Part shown: piece by piece, positions 10,461 through 21,555 of the stretch
How the letters are laid out: each line of letters opens with the position of its first letter
How positions within the stretch are numbered: the first letter of the stretch is position 1
Assembly: GCA_049472315.1 (NCBI GenBank)
Contig: JBLIRN010000003.1
Span: forward strand, 22,760-86,759
Source of the DNA: a bacterium
GTDB taxonomy: Bacteria; SZUA-182; DTGQ01; JAFGSM01
Direction of reading: 5' to 3'
Length of the DNA stretch: 64,000 nt
Position numbers and translations under genes: made by a program
Notes under the pieces: model-generated
What the model was told of the DNA's origin: nothing
Database searches by the model: none
What the model saw: only the letters and a program-made list of their open reading frames with translations

Positions 10461-12788
10461 ATGGCCCGGAGCGATGTGCATACCAGAAAAAGGATACAGG
10501 TCAGAGGGGTGGTGCAGGGGATCGGGTTTCGCCCCTATATCTACCTCCAGGCAACCAGGCGTGACCTGAAGGGGCTGGTATTCAATACGGTGCAGGGGGT
10601 AACCATCGAGGTGGAGGGGGAGGAGGCAGCGGTCAACGAATTCGTTGACGATCTGGAGACAAGGCCGCCTCCCCTTGCCCGGATCAGCGGCTTCGATGTC
10701 GCCGCCATCCCCTTGCAGGGTGAGACCTCCTTCGTCATCAAGGAGAGCCTGGGAGGATGTGATCCTGCGGTGGTCATTCCCCCCGATCTCGCCCTGTGCC
10801 CCGAGTGCCTGAAGGAGTTAAACGACCCGTCTGACCGCCGCTATCGGTATCCATTCATCAATTGCACCCAATGCGGCCCCCGTCTCACCATCGTCAGGAA
10901 GGTCCCCTATGACCGTGAGAATACCTCCATGGCCTCCTTCCGCATGTGTCCGGAATGCGAGGCGGAATTCCATGACCCTTCAACCAGGCGCTTTCATGCC
11001 CAGCCCAATGCCTGCAGCCGATGCGGTCCCCGCGTCTGGCTCGTGGATAATGCGGGAAGCCTTATCCAGGCAGACGATCCCGTGCGAAGGACCGCGAAGT
11101 TGCTCAAGGAAGGGGCAATTGTGGCCATCAAGGGCCTGGGCGGGTTTCACCTGGCGGTCGATGCAACAAATGAGGAGGCGGTGCAGCGTCTCCGCTCGCG
11201 AAAATCCAGGGAGGGGAAACCGCTCGCCGTGATGTCCGGCAGCATCGACACGATACGGCTCTATGCGGAGGTCGCCGCACAGGATGCAGCGCTGCTCGAT
11301 GGCCCTCTCCATCCCATCCTGCTTTTCCCCAAAAGGGAGCCGAATCCCCTGGCGCCCTCGGTGGCGCCGTGCCAGCGCTCCTTCGGCGTGATGCTCCCCT
11401 ACACCCCCGTGCACGCCATGCTCCTTGCCGAGGGGTTCATCGCCCTGGTGATGACGAGCGGAAACCGCTCGGAGGAGCCGATAGCGATCCAAAACGCCGA
11501 GGCGATGGAATCCCTGCAGGACATTGCCGACTGTTTTCTCCTCCATGACAGGGAGATCCTGGTGCGCTGCGATGATTCGGTGGTCATGCCGGTCAACGGC
11601 ACACATTATGTTATCAGACGGGCACGCGGGTATGTCCCGCTCCCTGTTCGCCTGCGCGGTTCCTTGGAGCCCGTGCTGGCCCTCGGGGCGGAGATGAAGA
11701 ATACCCTGTGCGTGCTGCGGGAAGATCAGGCATTTCTGAGCCAGCATATCGGGGACCTGGACAGCCCTGGTGCGCGGCGTTTTTTCGACGAATGCCTCAG
11801 CAGGACACAGGAGATCGCCGGGGTCTTCCCGCGGATCATTGCCCACGATCGCCACCCCGACTACCATACCACACGGCTTGCCTCCGGCATGTCCGGCATG
11901 AAGGATACGTGTTGCTATGCGGTCCAGCACCATCATGCGCACCTGGTGAGCTGTATGGCGGACAACGAACTGAAAGGCCCTGTGGCCGGCCTGATCTTCG
12001 ATGGCACGGGGTATGGAACGGACGGCACGATCTGGGGAGGGGAGGTGCTGGTGGGGGACGAGGTCCGGTTTGAACGTGCGGCCCATATTGCGCCGTTTCC
12101 CCTGCCCGGCGGAGATGCGGCGACCCTGAATCCCTGGCGCATTGCCCTTGGCCTGCTTTTGCGGATTCACGAGGGAAGCGAGGATGCCCTTTCCCATGTG
12201 ATCAACACGATTCTGGACCGGGAGGGGATTTCTCCCTCCGCGTACTCATCCATTCACACCATGCTGGACAGGGGGATCAACACCCCCATCACATCGAGCA
12301 TGGGGCGCCTCTTTGACGCAGTGTCAGTGCTTCTCGGATTCACCGGGAGGGTCAGCTATGAAGGGCAGGCCGCCATTGAACTCGAGTACCATGCCTCCCG
12401 GAGTGATGACCCTGGGACGTACCCGGTGGTCGTCTCCACCGAGGCATCCCCCTGGAGAATGGAGATCGCCCCGATTATCCTGGGCATCGTCGAGGACCTC
12501 GACCGCATGGTCCCTCGCGAGGTGATCGGACGCAGGTTCCACACCACCATCATCCGGATGGGCGTCGATGCCGCCCGCGCTGTGTGCGAGCGCCATGCGA
12601 TCGACCGCGTGGTTGTGAGCGGGGGGTGCTTCCAGAATCGAATCCTTCTTGAAGGAATTGTCGAGGGCCTGCGCAGGCAGGGTATCCATGCATTCTTCCA
12701 CCGGCACGTCCCCACCAACGACGGCGGCATTTCCCTCGGCCAGGCGGTGTGCGCCGCTGCGCTCAATGCGCGGGCAAATCCCCGGTAA
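10461..12788 (+). CDS. hypF: Carbamoyltransferase HypF
   Basis: Acylphosphatase domain GVVQGIGFRP, two CxxC zinc fingers, KGLGGFHL, QHHHAH and PTNDGGISLGQ. Confidence 0.97.
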   Translation: MARSDVHTRKRIQVRGVVQGIGFRPYIYLQATRRDLKGLVFNTVQGVTIEVEGEEAAVNEFVDDLETRPPPLARISGFDVAAIPLQGETSFVIKESLGGCDPAVVIPPDLALCPECLKELNDPSDRRYRYPFINCTQCGPRLTIVRKVPYDRENTSMASFRMCPECEAEFHDPSTRRFHAQPNACSRCGPRVWLVDNAGSLIQADDPVRRTAKLLKEGAIVAIKGLGGFHLAVDATNEEAVQRLRSRKSREGKPLAVMSGSIDTIRLYAEVAAQDAALLDGPLHPILLFPKREPNPLAPSVAPCQRSFGVMLPYTPVHAMLLAEGFIALVMTSGNRSEEPIAIQNAEAMESLQDIADCFLLHDREILVRCDDSVVMPVNGTHYVIRRARGYVPLPVRLRGSLEPVLALGAEMKNTLCVLREDQAFLSQHIGDLDSPGARRFFDECLSRTQEIAGVFPRIIAHDRHPDYHTTRLASGMSGMKDTCCYAVQHHHAHLVSCMADNELKGPVAGLIFDGTGYGTDGTIWGGEVLVGDEVRFERAAHIAPFPLPGGDAATLNPWRIALGLLLRIHEGSEDALSHVINTILDREGISPSAYSSIHTMLDRGINTPITSSMGRLFDAVSVLLGFTGRVSYEGQAAIELEYHASRSDDPGTYPVVVSTEASPWRMEIAPIILGIVEDLDRMVPREVIGRRFHTTIIRMGVDAARAVCERHAIDRVVVSGGCFQNRILLEGIVEGLRRQGIHAFFHRHVPTNDGGISLGQAVCAAALNARANPR

Positions 12789-13040
12789 TGCAGAGGGGAT
12801 AGCCTTAAGATGAAACGATGCCGCGATATTCCCTTGTGACACCGGGGCAGGCCATTGATTCCCTTCCGGCCCGGCGTCATCTACATTGATATTTCGATAA
12901 GCTTATGATAACATTTAAATAACTACTCATTGCCACATTTGTCTTAGAACCAATTGTCGTGCATAATTTATAATTTGAAAAGTAGTTCTTAATTGTTATG
13001 AAGTATTATTTGGTGTTATGGTTAAAATAAAGGAGAAAAC

Positions 13041-13265
13041 ATGAAAGTAATATTAACGGCAGTTTTTGAAAAATCACCCTATGGTTATATTGGATATGTT
13101 GAAGAACTACCAGGGGCTAATACACAGGGAACGACTCTTGAAGAAACGAAAAGGAATCTTGTTGAAGCAATACAATTAGTTTTGGAAGCTAACCGGCAAC
13201 TTATTGAAGAAGAGATATCTGAGAGAGAAACAATAAAAGAACCATTAGGCGCTGTTTCAATATGA
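13041..13265 (+). CDS. hicB: HicB-family antitoxin (short form)
   Basis: YIGYVEELPGANTQGTTLEE..NLVEAI motif; AAGGAG RBS; AT-rich. Confidence 0.88.
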   Translation: MKVILTAVFEKSPYGYIGYVEELPGANTQGTTLEETKRNLVEAIQLVLEANRQLIEEEISERETIKEPLGAVSI

Positions 13266-13447
13266 AACATCAGGATCTAGTTCGCCATATCGAGAAGCAT
13301 GGGTGTGAGTTCTTAAGGGAAGGTGGCAATCATACAGTCTATGTAAATCGCAAGGAAAAGAAAGCAACCACCATTCCAAGACATCGTGATATTGATGATG
13401 ATTTATCCAGAAAAATCTGTAAAGACCTGGGCATCCCAAAGCCATAA
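13262..13447 (+). CDS. hicA: HicA-family toxin
   Basis: GCEFLREGGNHTVY...TIPRH...ICKDLGI; ATGA overlap with hicB. Confidence 0.9.
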   Translation: MKHQDLVRHIEKHGCEFLREGGNHTVYVNRKEKKATTIPRHRDIDDDLSRKICKDLGIPKP

Positions 13448-14297
13448 CAAGCTCATATACAGGCAGATGGCTTGGAGAGTGTGGCGCTCCTTGCCACGCT
13501 AATGCTTTATATAATGCGGAAGCTGTTCCGCTAAATAAATCTATAACTCTGCTTGCCGACTTGAAGGAGGTCGAAACTGAGCACCTCGGAAGTCGCAACG
13601 ATTGAGGCCTTCTTTCTCAATGCCTTTGCCCTATGTGTAGTTGCCTACCAGACGAGGCTAACTCGGAAATCACTGCGAACAACCAATAGATCCTTGGTGT
13701 TGTCCATCAGGATGATGCAGGTTGAGATGTTGCTCAATGCGAACTGGATTATTAATGTGCGATTGCATCCAGAAATGCGGATAGCTGACCTTGAGAGGGT
13801 AATTGAGGACTGCCGGATCACCTCAAAATGCGCGACGCGGATAGGATGAAGGCTATGGCACGGGCCGGCTCGAAGACTCCTCATGGACTTGTCGGAATTT
13901 CGGCACACCTGCTGAATTCATCCCAGAAAAAGTAGTCCATAAATTGAGGGAAAATCTTCTTCCTATATTCATTGACCTGTTCTTTCATAGTCATGAGAAG
14001 GAGCTGGTTATAGTATAATGAAAATCTGAAATCGATTATGGATATTTTAGCAATTAATATATCGAAATTAATAGGTTAACCCTCAATCTTATTTTAAACG
14101 GTCGAATAGTGGTGCTCGTAACCAAGAGGAAAATGGCGGCGTCTATGTTATTTTAGAGAATGAGCTATTTCAGGTGACAAATATGGTAAGACTTATTATG
14201 CAAAGGGGGTGATTCATCGTTAGAGATTAAAAGATAAGCGTGGACCCATAAGGGGTTATGAATCTTGATGGTAAGTCCTGACAGGGATGGCAGCCAC

Positions 14298-16592
14298 ATG
14301 AAAAGAACACCTATCATAATAATGCTCACCATACATTTTCTCCTATGTTGTACCCTTGGCTTCAGTCTGGTAACTCAAGCATCGGCAGACACGGATTATT
14401 TTTCGGAGAATGCTGAACGGCTGAAGGAGGAGGGGGACTTTGAAAACTGGCCGGGCAAAAACGGACCGGTAAGGGCGGGGATAATCCTGAGCAAGGATCA
14501 TTTCAGCTCGCTGCAGGAAGCGGAGGAGGATGATATACCCATCATTCGTATTATGGATGACGTTGAGGGCGTACTGGGAACCAGGTACAGTTATGGGTGG
14601 ATAGTCAAGGAGAAGGGGAAGGTACGCATCAAAATTCATGTGATGCAGACCTGCCTCCAGGCGCAGAATTTTTTGATCTGGAGATTTGCTACCTGTAGCA
14701 TGGCTAATATTCATTTGCCCTCCAGGGGAGAGCGATACGGTATACATGCAGGGGATATCTCTTTTGTTTCAGACAATTCGATTCTTTTTGTCAGAAATAA
14801 CATCCATGTCGAGATAACCGTATATGACGAAATGGAAAACGATTTAAAGGAAATCGCCGAGGAACTGGATCAACTCCTGTTATCAAGACCCACGGGAGAG
14901 GATGCGCTTGAGCTGATGCCTGTGATTATAGGGATCAATGCGTCAGAGAGCTCCATTAAACCTGACAATATATCTGATCTGACGCTAGACATTGAATTCC
15001 CCGCAGGCAACCCCACCAATTTAGACCCAATAGAGGGGGATATTTTTGGCAGAGTTACTGACAGTCCATTCTCAAATGAGGAGTTGATTTTCATGTGGAA
15101 GACAACGGAAGGTGATGTATATCTTGACGATGTGGATCAATATTTTTATTCCTCGGAGGAAGAGGGCCTGCACATACTGACACTCCTCCTTTCGGGCAAG
15201 GATACCGGCATCGTCACGGAGGCGCAGATTACTATTGAGGTAACGGATGATGAAGGGATCGATGAGCGATTCTGGGATTTTCTGCTGACCGCGGATGAAG
15301 TCCCCGGCTATCGCCTTACAAAGGTGCGCCATCATATTGCCTACCGCTCCAACCCCGGTGAAACGGAATACGTGGTTGAACAAGACTGGGCTTCAATCGA
15401 TGAGGACATAGAAGTCAATCTTATGATGGAGATATTTGATTCCGAAGAGGCCGCCATACGCGGAATGGATGGTTACATGGACACTGCAGAGCCATGGGTA
15501 TACGGATCCGTGTATGGGGGGATCCTCGGAGCCCATTCGTGGAGAACCGGGAATTCCAATTCCGGAGTCATTTTCACCTATGGAAATGTCGGGATTCGCC
15601 TGCTCACGCATAAATATATGGAAGAGGAATCACTGAGAATAAATCAAAAGGCAATAACCGATGTGGCACTAAGGCAGATAGAAAAAATCCATCGGAATCT
15701 TGCGCCGGAGATCAATGATTTCAGAGAATCTCTGAGGCAGACGAGGCTGTCGCCCGCCGAATACAGCCGGTATATGACCGAGGCCGTCGACGTCAATCTC
15801 AATGGATACCAGTTGATCACCAATGAGAATTCCTTTTGGCTTTTAAGGGATGAGGGCCTCAGGATGGGTATTCGTAAGGAATGGCAGAACAGTCAAGGTA
15901 ACGTCATAGGGGTGGATATCTGTAAACTGGAATCAAACGCCATGGCAACGGATACCGCATCGGAGAGAAGGGAGATGGGGATAGGTTTCTTTGATGATGA
16001 AAAGTGGACTGGTTTCCTTGATGATCAAAACGCAAGCAGGATCTTGGTCCATGGTAGTGCCGCCATCCATGTCTATAATCTCAACCATGAATATTCTGTC
16101 ACACGTAAGATAAGCCCTCCTGATTATCCGCCGCCACCCCCGACATTATCTTTAATGAACCCAATCTATAATGAGCGATTGGGTTTGACTTTTGTCTATT
16201 ACGGCAATCCATATTATGATCGCGGATCTCTGTATAACCGCTTTCCTGCAACCGCATATAGCAATATGTCTTTGAGATATCCATACAATGGCAATGTATA
16301 TCCGCCTAACGCGACCTCTTATGTACGGAATAGCGCAGCGCCTACTTATATAACCGCCGGATATAATTACCCGGCTTACTCTCCCGGACGATATGCCTTC
16401 TCAGTTAATCCAAGGGATTCGTATGGAGGATATATTTCCCCGTACAACTATAACCGTCCTCTTTACGGTTTTGCATCCTTTAATCCTTATCCGGCTGTAT
16501 CCCCAGGCATTTTTAACATGCTTGCCAGCTCCAATCTGGGCACAGCACTAAAAGGGATTGAACTGATGCATAATCTTTGGCCTTCGTTGTAA
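14298..16592 (+). CDS. Secreted hypothetical protein with acidic domains and a Tyr/Pro/Asn-rich C-terminal tail
   Basis: Long ORF with a signal peptide (TQASA/D); low-complexity last ~150 aa; no family recognised. Confidence 0.75.
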   Translation: MKRTPIIIMLTIHFLLCCTLGFSLVTQASADTDYFSENAERLKEEGDFENWPGKNGPVRAGIILSKDHFSSLQEAEEDDIPIIRIMDDVEGVLGTRYSYGWIVKEKGKVRIKIHVMQTCLQAQNFLIWRFATCSMANIHLPSRGERYGIHAGDISFVSDNSILFVRNNIHVEITVYDEMENDLKEIAEELDQLLLSRPTGEDALELMPVIIGINASESSIKPDNISDLTLDIEFPAGNPTNLDPIEGDIFGRVTDSPFSNEELIFMWKTTEGDVYLDDVDQYFYSSEEEGLHILTLLLSGKDTGIVTEAQITIEVTDDEGIDERFWDFLLTADEVPGYRLTKVRHHIAYRSNPGETEYVVEQDWASIDEDIEVNLMMEIFDSEEAAIRGMDGYMDTAEPWVYGSVYGGILGAHSWRTGNSNSGVIFTYGNVGIRLLTHKYMEEESLRINQKAITDVALRQIEKIHRNLAPEINDFRESLRQTRLSPAEYSRYMTEAVDVNLNGYQLITNENSFWLLRDEGLRMGIRKEWQNSQGNVIGVDICKLESNAMATDTASERREMGIGFFDDEKWTGFLDDQNASRILVHGSAAIHVYNLNHEYSVTRKISPPDYPPPPPTLSLMNPIYNERLGLTFVYYGNPYYDRGSLYNRFPATAYSNMSLRYPYNGNVYPPNATSYVRNSAAPTYITAGYNYPAYSPGRYAFSVNPRDSYGGYISPYNYNRPLYGFASFNPYPAVSPGIFNMLASSNLGTALKGIELMHNLWPSL

Positions 16593-16701
16593 CTATGAGT
16601 ATATCCATATTCATTGTATTCCGCTCTTCGGACAGGAGGGTATCCAAGGTATACGTCCTTGCGGAGAACCTTCGTTACCATTGGGTCCGGCAAGGAATCA
16701 T

Positions 16702-17709
16702 TTAACATATTCTCGGGAGGATCTCCCCTGTCGGCCGGTCGAGCATGCGGGTTCCACCGATAGCGGTACGGATGACCACCTCACCGGCCGAATCCTCAAC
16801 AACCCGGCCGATGACCGCCGCTTCCCTACCCAAGGGATGGGCCCGCATGGTCTCAAGTACCCTTTGCGCATCCTCGTCGGCGACAAAAACCAGCATCTTT
16901 CCCTCATTGGCGACATATAGTGGATCGATGCCGAGGATCTCGCATGCCCCCCTTACCGAGGGTTTTACAGGGATGGCCTCCTCCTCGAGCAGGAACGTCT
17001 TGCGCGACCTTTCAGCGATTTCATTCAGCACCGATGCGACCCCTCCCCTGGTGGGGTCCCTCATGCAGTGAATGTGTGCCGATGCGGTCAATATCTCCTT
17101 TACCAAGGTATGCAGAAAGGCGACATCCGAGTGTATCTCGCCCGAGAAGCTGAGCCCTTCCCTCATGCTCATCACCGCCATGCCGTGATCGCCGATGGTC
17201 CCGCTCAGGATGATGGTGTCCCCCGGTTGTGCATGTGTACCGGAAATGGTGCCGGAATAGCTCACCAGCCCGATCCCCGTGGAATTGATAAAGAGCTTGT
17301 CACCCTTCCCGTGGGGAACCACCTTGGTGTCACCGGTGATGACGCTTATGCCGGCCTCCTTTGCCGTACGCGCCATGGATGCGATGACCCGGTCCAGGTC
17401 ACCCAGTGAAAACCCCTCCTCGATGATCACCGCCACGCTGAGGTAGAGGGGTGCTCCGCCGCACATGGCCACGTCATTTAAGGTGCCGCATATGGCGAGT
17501 TTCCCTATGTCACCTCCGGGGAAGAAGAGGGGGTCCACCACGTAGGTGTCGGTGGACATGCACAGGCGCATGCCGTTGATGGCAAATAGTCCCCCATCAT
17601 CAAGAGAACCTAAAATAGGATTTGAAAAGAAAGGGAGAAAGTGCTCCTCGATCAATTGCTGTGAAAGCATGCCGCCGCTTCCGTGGGCGAGCAATATTGT
17701 GTCTGCCAT
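16702..17709 (-). CDS. hypE: Hydrogenase maturation protein HypE
   Basis: LAHGSGG, STDTYVV.PLFFPGGDIG, TGDTKV, DPTRGG and C-terminal PRIC; start trimmed to MADTILL. Confidence 0.96.
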   Translation of the reverse strand: MADTILLAHGSGGMLSQQLIEEHFLPFFSNPILGSLDDGGLFAINGMRLCMSTDTYVVDPLFFPGGDIGKLAICGTLNDVAMCGGAPLYLSVAVIIEEGFSLGDLDRVIASMARTAKEAGISVITGDTKVVPHGKGDKLFINSTGIGLVSYSGTISGTHAQPGDTIILSGTIGDHGMAVMSMREGLSFSGEIHSDVAFLHTLVKEILTASAHIHCMRDPTRGGVASVLNEIAERSRKTFLLEEEAIPVKPSVRGACEILGIDPLYVANEGKMLVFVADEDAQRVLETMRAHPLGREAAVIGRVVEDSAGEVVIRTAIGGTRMLDRPTGEILPRIC

Positions 17710-18046
17710 GGCCTCCATCCTCAAGCTATATGATTGAGACGGTATTCCCGACAAGCTTCTGCATCCTGCTACGGTCTTATACCATACTTTCATTAAAAAT
17801 TGTAACCGATCAATACATCTATTGTTCCTTCCGACCACCCGTAAGGCCCGTCTCGAAAATGTGCAACGGTTGCCCGACCCGTGGGGCCGGTTGAGATGTG
17901 ACGCAACAAGCCATATGTGCATGGGAGGGATCTCCCGGAGGATGTTGCTCGCCAGCTTAACCGGGCGAGAATACGGTTCCTTTAAACGGTTCCCATAAAA
18001 GGATAGTGGCGATGCAATGCGGTGCGATAAAGACATAATGATGAGG

Positions 18047-18076
18047 TTGACAGGGGGAGATTATTCTTGGTATAGT
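18047..18076 (+). promoter_or_regulatory. Putative sigma70 promoter upstream of the fdn operon
   Basis: TTGACA - 18 nt - TATAGT, with a TGn extended -10. Confidence 0.5.
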
Positions 18077-18452
18077 ATAGAATCAAATTGTTCTATTCCA
18101 AGCCTTTGTTTAGGCGGCATATCGTACGATAACAGTCTTTGTTGAACAGCGTCTTTGGCCCTTGTGGATCAACGGAGGGCCGTTAGATAAGGAATCCCTG
18201 TTGATGTTGTCTCGCTTTGCAGAAGGTGTTTTTGTCCCTTTCCCTTTCAAGTGTTTTCCATGTGATAATTCACGGCCTATATGCGCCGGAATCCATAGCA
18301 GCACCATTACCCATCCATTAACTATTCAAACCCTGAAGGGGGTGATTTTTTACTCGACGCACCAGTGTATGTATGAGTCCATCTCAGTATAGCAGTATTT
18401 ATAGCCAATGCCATTCATTCCAAACGTCCTCAAAAGGAGGTGTAACATTCGT

Positions 18453-21400
18453 ATGGAGGTTAAAAGGAGGGATTTTTTAAAGATCTCCGGGGCGAGCACC
18501 GTCGCCCTTGCTCTGAAAGAGCTGGGGTTTGACGTTGCATCGGTCCATGCCGAGGTCTCTCCTCTGAGGATCGACTATGCCAAGGAAACCACGACCATTT
18601 GTCCGTATTGCGCGGTCGGCTGCGGCATCATCATCCATTCCGTCCAGGGGAAGGTGGTCTATACGGAGGGAGACCCCGATCATCCGATCAACAAGGGTTC
18701 GTTATGCAGTAAGGGAGGTTCGGTCTATCAGCTTTCGGCCAACAATCCCGCACGGTCCAAGAAACCACTGTACCGTGCCCCGAACAGCAGCGAGTGGAAG
18801 GAGGTCTCCTGGGACTGGGCACTGGATAAGATCGCCGAGAGGATCCACGACACCCGGGAAAAGACCTTCATGTTTAAGAACAGCAAGGGGCAGACCGTCA
18901 ACCGGACGGAGGCCATCGCCTCCGTGGGCAGCGCTGCCATGGACAATGAGGAGTGCTACATCTACCGCAAGTTTCTCACTGCCCTCGGCCTCGTCTATAT
19001 CGAACACCAGGCCCGTATCTGACACTCCGCTACTGTAGCGGCTCTGGCAGAGTCGTTTGGTAGAGGGGCCATGACCAACCACTGGGCGGATCTCGCGAAC
19101 TGCGACGTGGTTCTGGTCATGGGAAGCAATGCAGCGGAGAATCATCCCATTTCATTCAAGTGGGTCACCAAGGCAAAGGAACGGGGCGCAACCCTTATCA
19201 GTGTTGATCCCCGATTCACCCGGACATCGGCCAAGGCGGATATCTATGCCCCCTTAAGGTCGGGGTCGGATATCGCGTTCCTTGGCGGCATGATCAAGTA
19301 CATCCTGGATAACAGGCTGTATTTTGACCAGTATGTCAAGCTGTACACCAATGCCTCGTTTCTCGTCAATCCCAATTTCAAGATGCCCGGGGAGAACGAG
19401 GGTCTCTTTTCCGGGTATGATCCCCAGGCACGCAAGTATGACAAATCCACCTGGGCGTTTCAGAAGGATTCGCAGGGCATCATCAAGAAGGACCTTACCC
19501 TTCAGGACCCGAACTGCGTGTTTCAGCTTCTCAAGAAGCACTTCTCCCGGTATGACACGGATATCGTCTCCCAGATCACCGGGACCCCGAAGGATAGTCT
19601 GATGAAGGTCTACAAGGCATATGCCACGACCGGTAAACCAGGCAAGTCGGGAACGATCATGTACGCAATGGGCTGGACCCAGCACACGGTGGGCACCCAG
19701 AACATCCGCACCATGTCCATCATCCAGTTGCTCCTCGGAAACATCGGCATAGCGGGGGGCGGCGTGAATGCGCTACGCGGTGAGTCCAATGTGCAGGGTT
19801 CCACCGACCAGTGCCTGCTCTTCCACATACTCCCGGGATACCTCAAGACCCCTTCGGCCTCTCTTGCCACGCTCAAGGCATACAACGAGGCATCCACCCC
19901 GACCACGAACGATCCGAAGAGCGCCAACTGGTGGGGCAACTATCCCAAGTATTCGGTGAGCCTCCTGAAGGCATTCTTCGGGGCGAATGCGACGGCCGGA
20001 AACGATTTCGGTTATGATTGGCTGCCCAAGCTGGATGACGGGGCGAACTACTCCTGGCTAATGCTCTTTGACGCGATGGACAAGGGGAACATCAAGGGAT
20101 TTTTCGCATGGGGACAGAACCCTGCCTGCAGCGGCGCCAATGCCAACAAGGTCAGGAGGGCGATGGGGAAACTTGACTGGATGGTGAACGTGAACATCTT
20201 CGATAATGAGACCTGTTCCTTCTGGAAGGGACCGGGCATGAACCCATCCCAGATCAAGACCGAGGTCTTTTTCCTCCCCTGCGCAGGATTCTTCGAAAAG
20301 GAGGGGAGCATCACCAACAGCGGCCGCTGGATGCAGTGGCGGTATAAGGCCGTGGAGCCGGTCGGCGAATCCCTGCCGGACGGCGAGATCATCAGCGAGT
20401 TGGCCCACAAGGTGAAGAAGTTGGTGGGAGAGAAGGGGAGCAAATACCCTGATCCTATCCTCAACATGACCTGGGACTACGGCCCCAAGAATCCGGATGG
20501 CTCCCTGAAGCACTTCGACGCCCACGAGGCCGCGAAGGAGATCAACGGCTACTTCATGGAAGACAAGGAGATCGGCGGCACACTCTACAAGAAGGGAACG
20601 CTGGTACCCAGTTTTGCCTTCCTCCAGAGTGATGGTTCAACCTCCTCGGGAAATTGGCTCTACTGCAACAGCTACACGGAAAAGGGCAACATGGCCGCTC
20701 GTCGCAACAACAAGGACGAGAGCGGTATCGGCCTTTACTCCGAATGGGCATGGTGCTGGCCGGTCAACAGGCGGATCATTTACAATCGCGCCTCGGTTGA
20801 CGAGAAAGGTCAGCCCTGGGACAAGGAGCACCCGGTCATCTGGTGGAACGGCAGCGGATGGAAGGGCGATGTGCCCGACGGAGGCTGGCCCCCGCTGGTG
20901 AACGAGGAAAAGACCAGGTATGCATTCATTATGAAGCCCGAGGGATATGCACACATCTTCGGCCCCGGTCTTGCCGAAGGCCCCTTCCCCGAGCACTACG
21001 AACCCCTTGAATGTCCGATTGAGAAGAACCTCATTCCGGGCAACCCACTCATGATCAGCCCTACGGTGAAAATGTTCAGCACGAAGGGTGAAGGGAAAGG
21101 GCAGGATGTGTTTATGAGCTGCGATCCGCGCTATCCTCTCGTCTGCTCCACCTACCGGGTGTCCGAGCACTGGCAGACAGGGCTGATGACAAGGTGGCAG
21201 CCGTGGCTCGCCGAGCTTCAGCCGTCCATGTTCGTCGAGATGAGCAAGGAGTTGGCGAACGATCGAGGGATCAATAACGGTGACCTGTGCACCGTCAAAT
21301 CCGCCCGCGGCGAGGTGGATGCGATTGCCATCGTCACCGACCGGTTCAAGCCGTTCACCATAGCCGGGCAGACGGTGCACCAGGTGGGTATCCCCTGGCA

Positions 21401-21551
21401 CTACGGATGGGTCACCACCGACTTCAACAACGGGCCCAATCTGACCTTCGGTGACAGCGCGAATCTGCTGACTCCGACCGTCGGCGATTCCAACACCATG
21501 ATCCCTGAGTCCAAGGCGTTCATGGTCAACGTGGTGCGAAAGGGGGTGTGA
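18453..21551 (+). CDS. fdnG: Formate dehydrogenase-N alpha subunit, selenocysteine-containing, Tat-exported
   Basis: Tat motif KRRDFLK; CPYCAVGC 4Fe-4S motif. The two ORF-track pieces are in one frame and join through TGA 19020-19022 as EHQARI-U-HSATVAALAESFGRGAMTNHW. Confidence 0.96.
19023..19066 (+). promoter_or_regulatory. Bacterial SECIS element
   Basis: Hairpin AGCGGCTCT-GGC-AGAGTCGTT shortly downstream of the in-frame UGA, with a lower stem CTACTG/TGGTAG. Confidence 0.8.
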
Positions 21552-21555
21552 GTAA

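Noticed and set aside
13560..13920. Possible gene remnant after hicA
   Set aside because: An open stretch exists, but it has no clear start and no family similarity I can recognise.
17710..18036. N-terminal extension of HypE in the ORF track
   Set aside because: Homology begins at MADTILLAHG; the upstream part looks non-coding. Similar over-extended starts were trimmed for hypB, aroB' and several other genes.
18080..18450. Moco/tungsten riboswitch in the fdn leader
   Set aside because: No recognisable conserved motif by eye; an Rfam scan would be needed to exclude it.
18408..19070. fdnG as a split gene or pseudogene
   Set aside because: The TGA lies at the Sec position, the frame continues and a SECIS hairpin follows.
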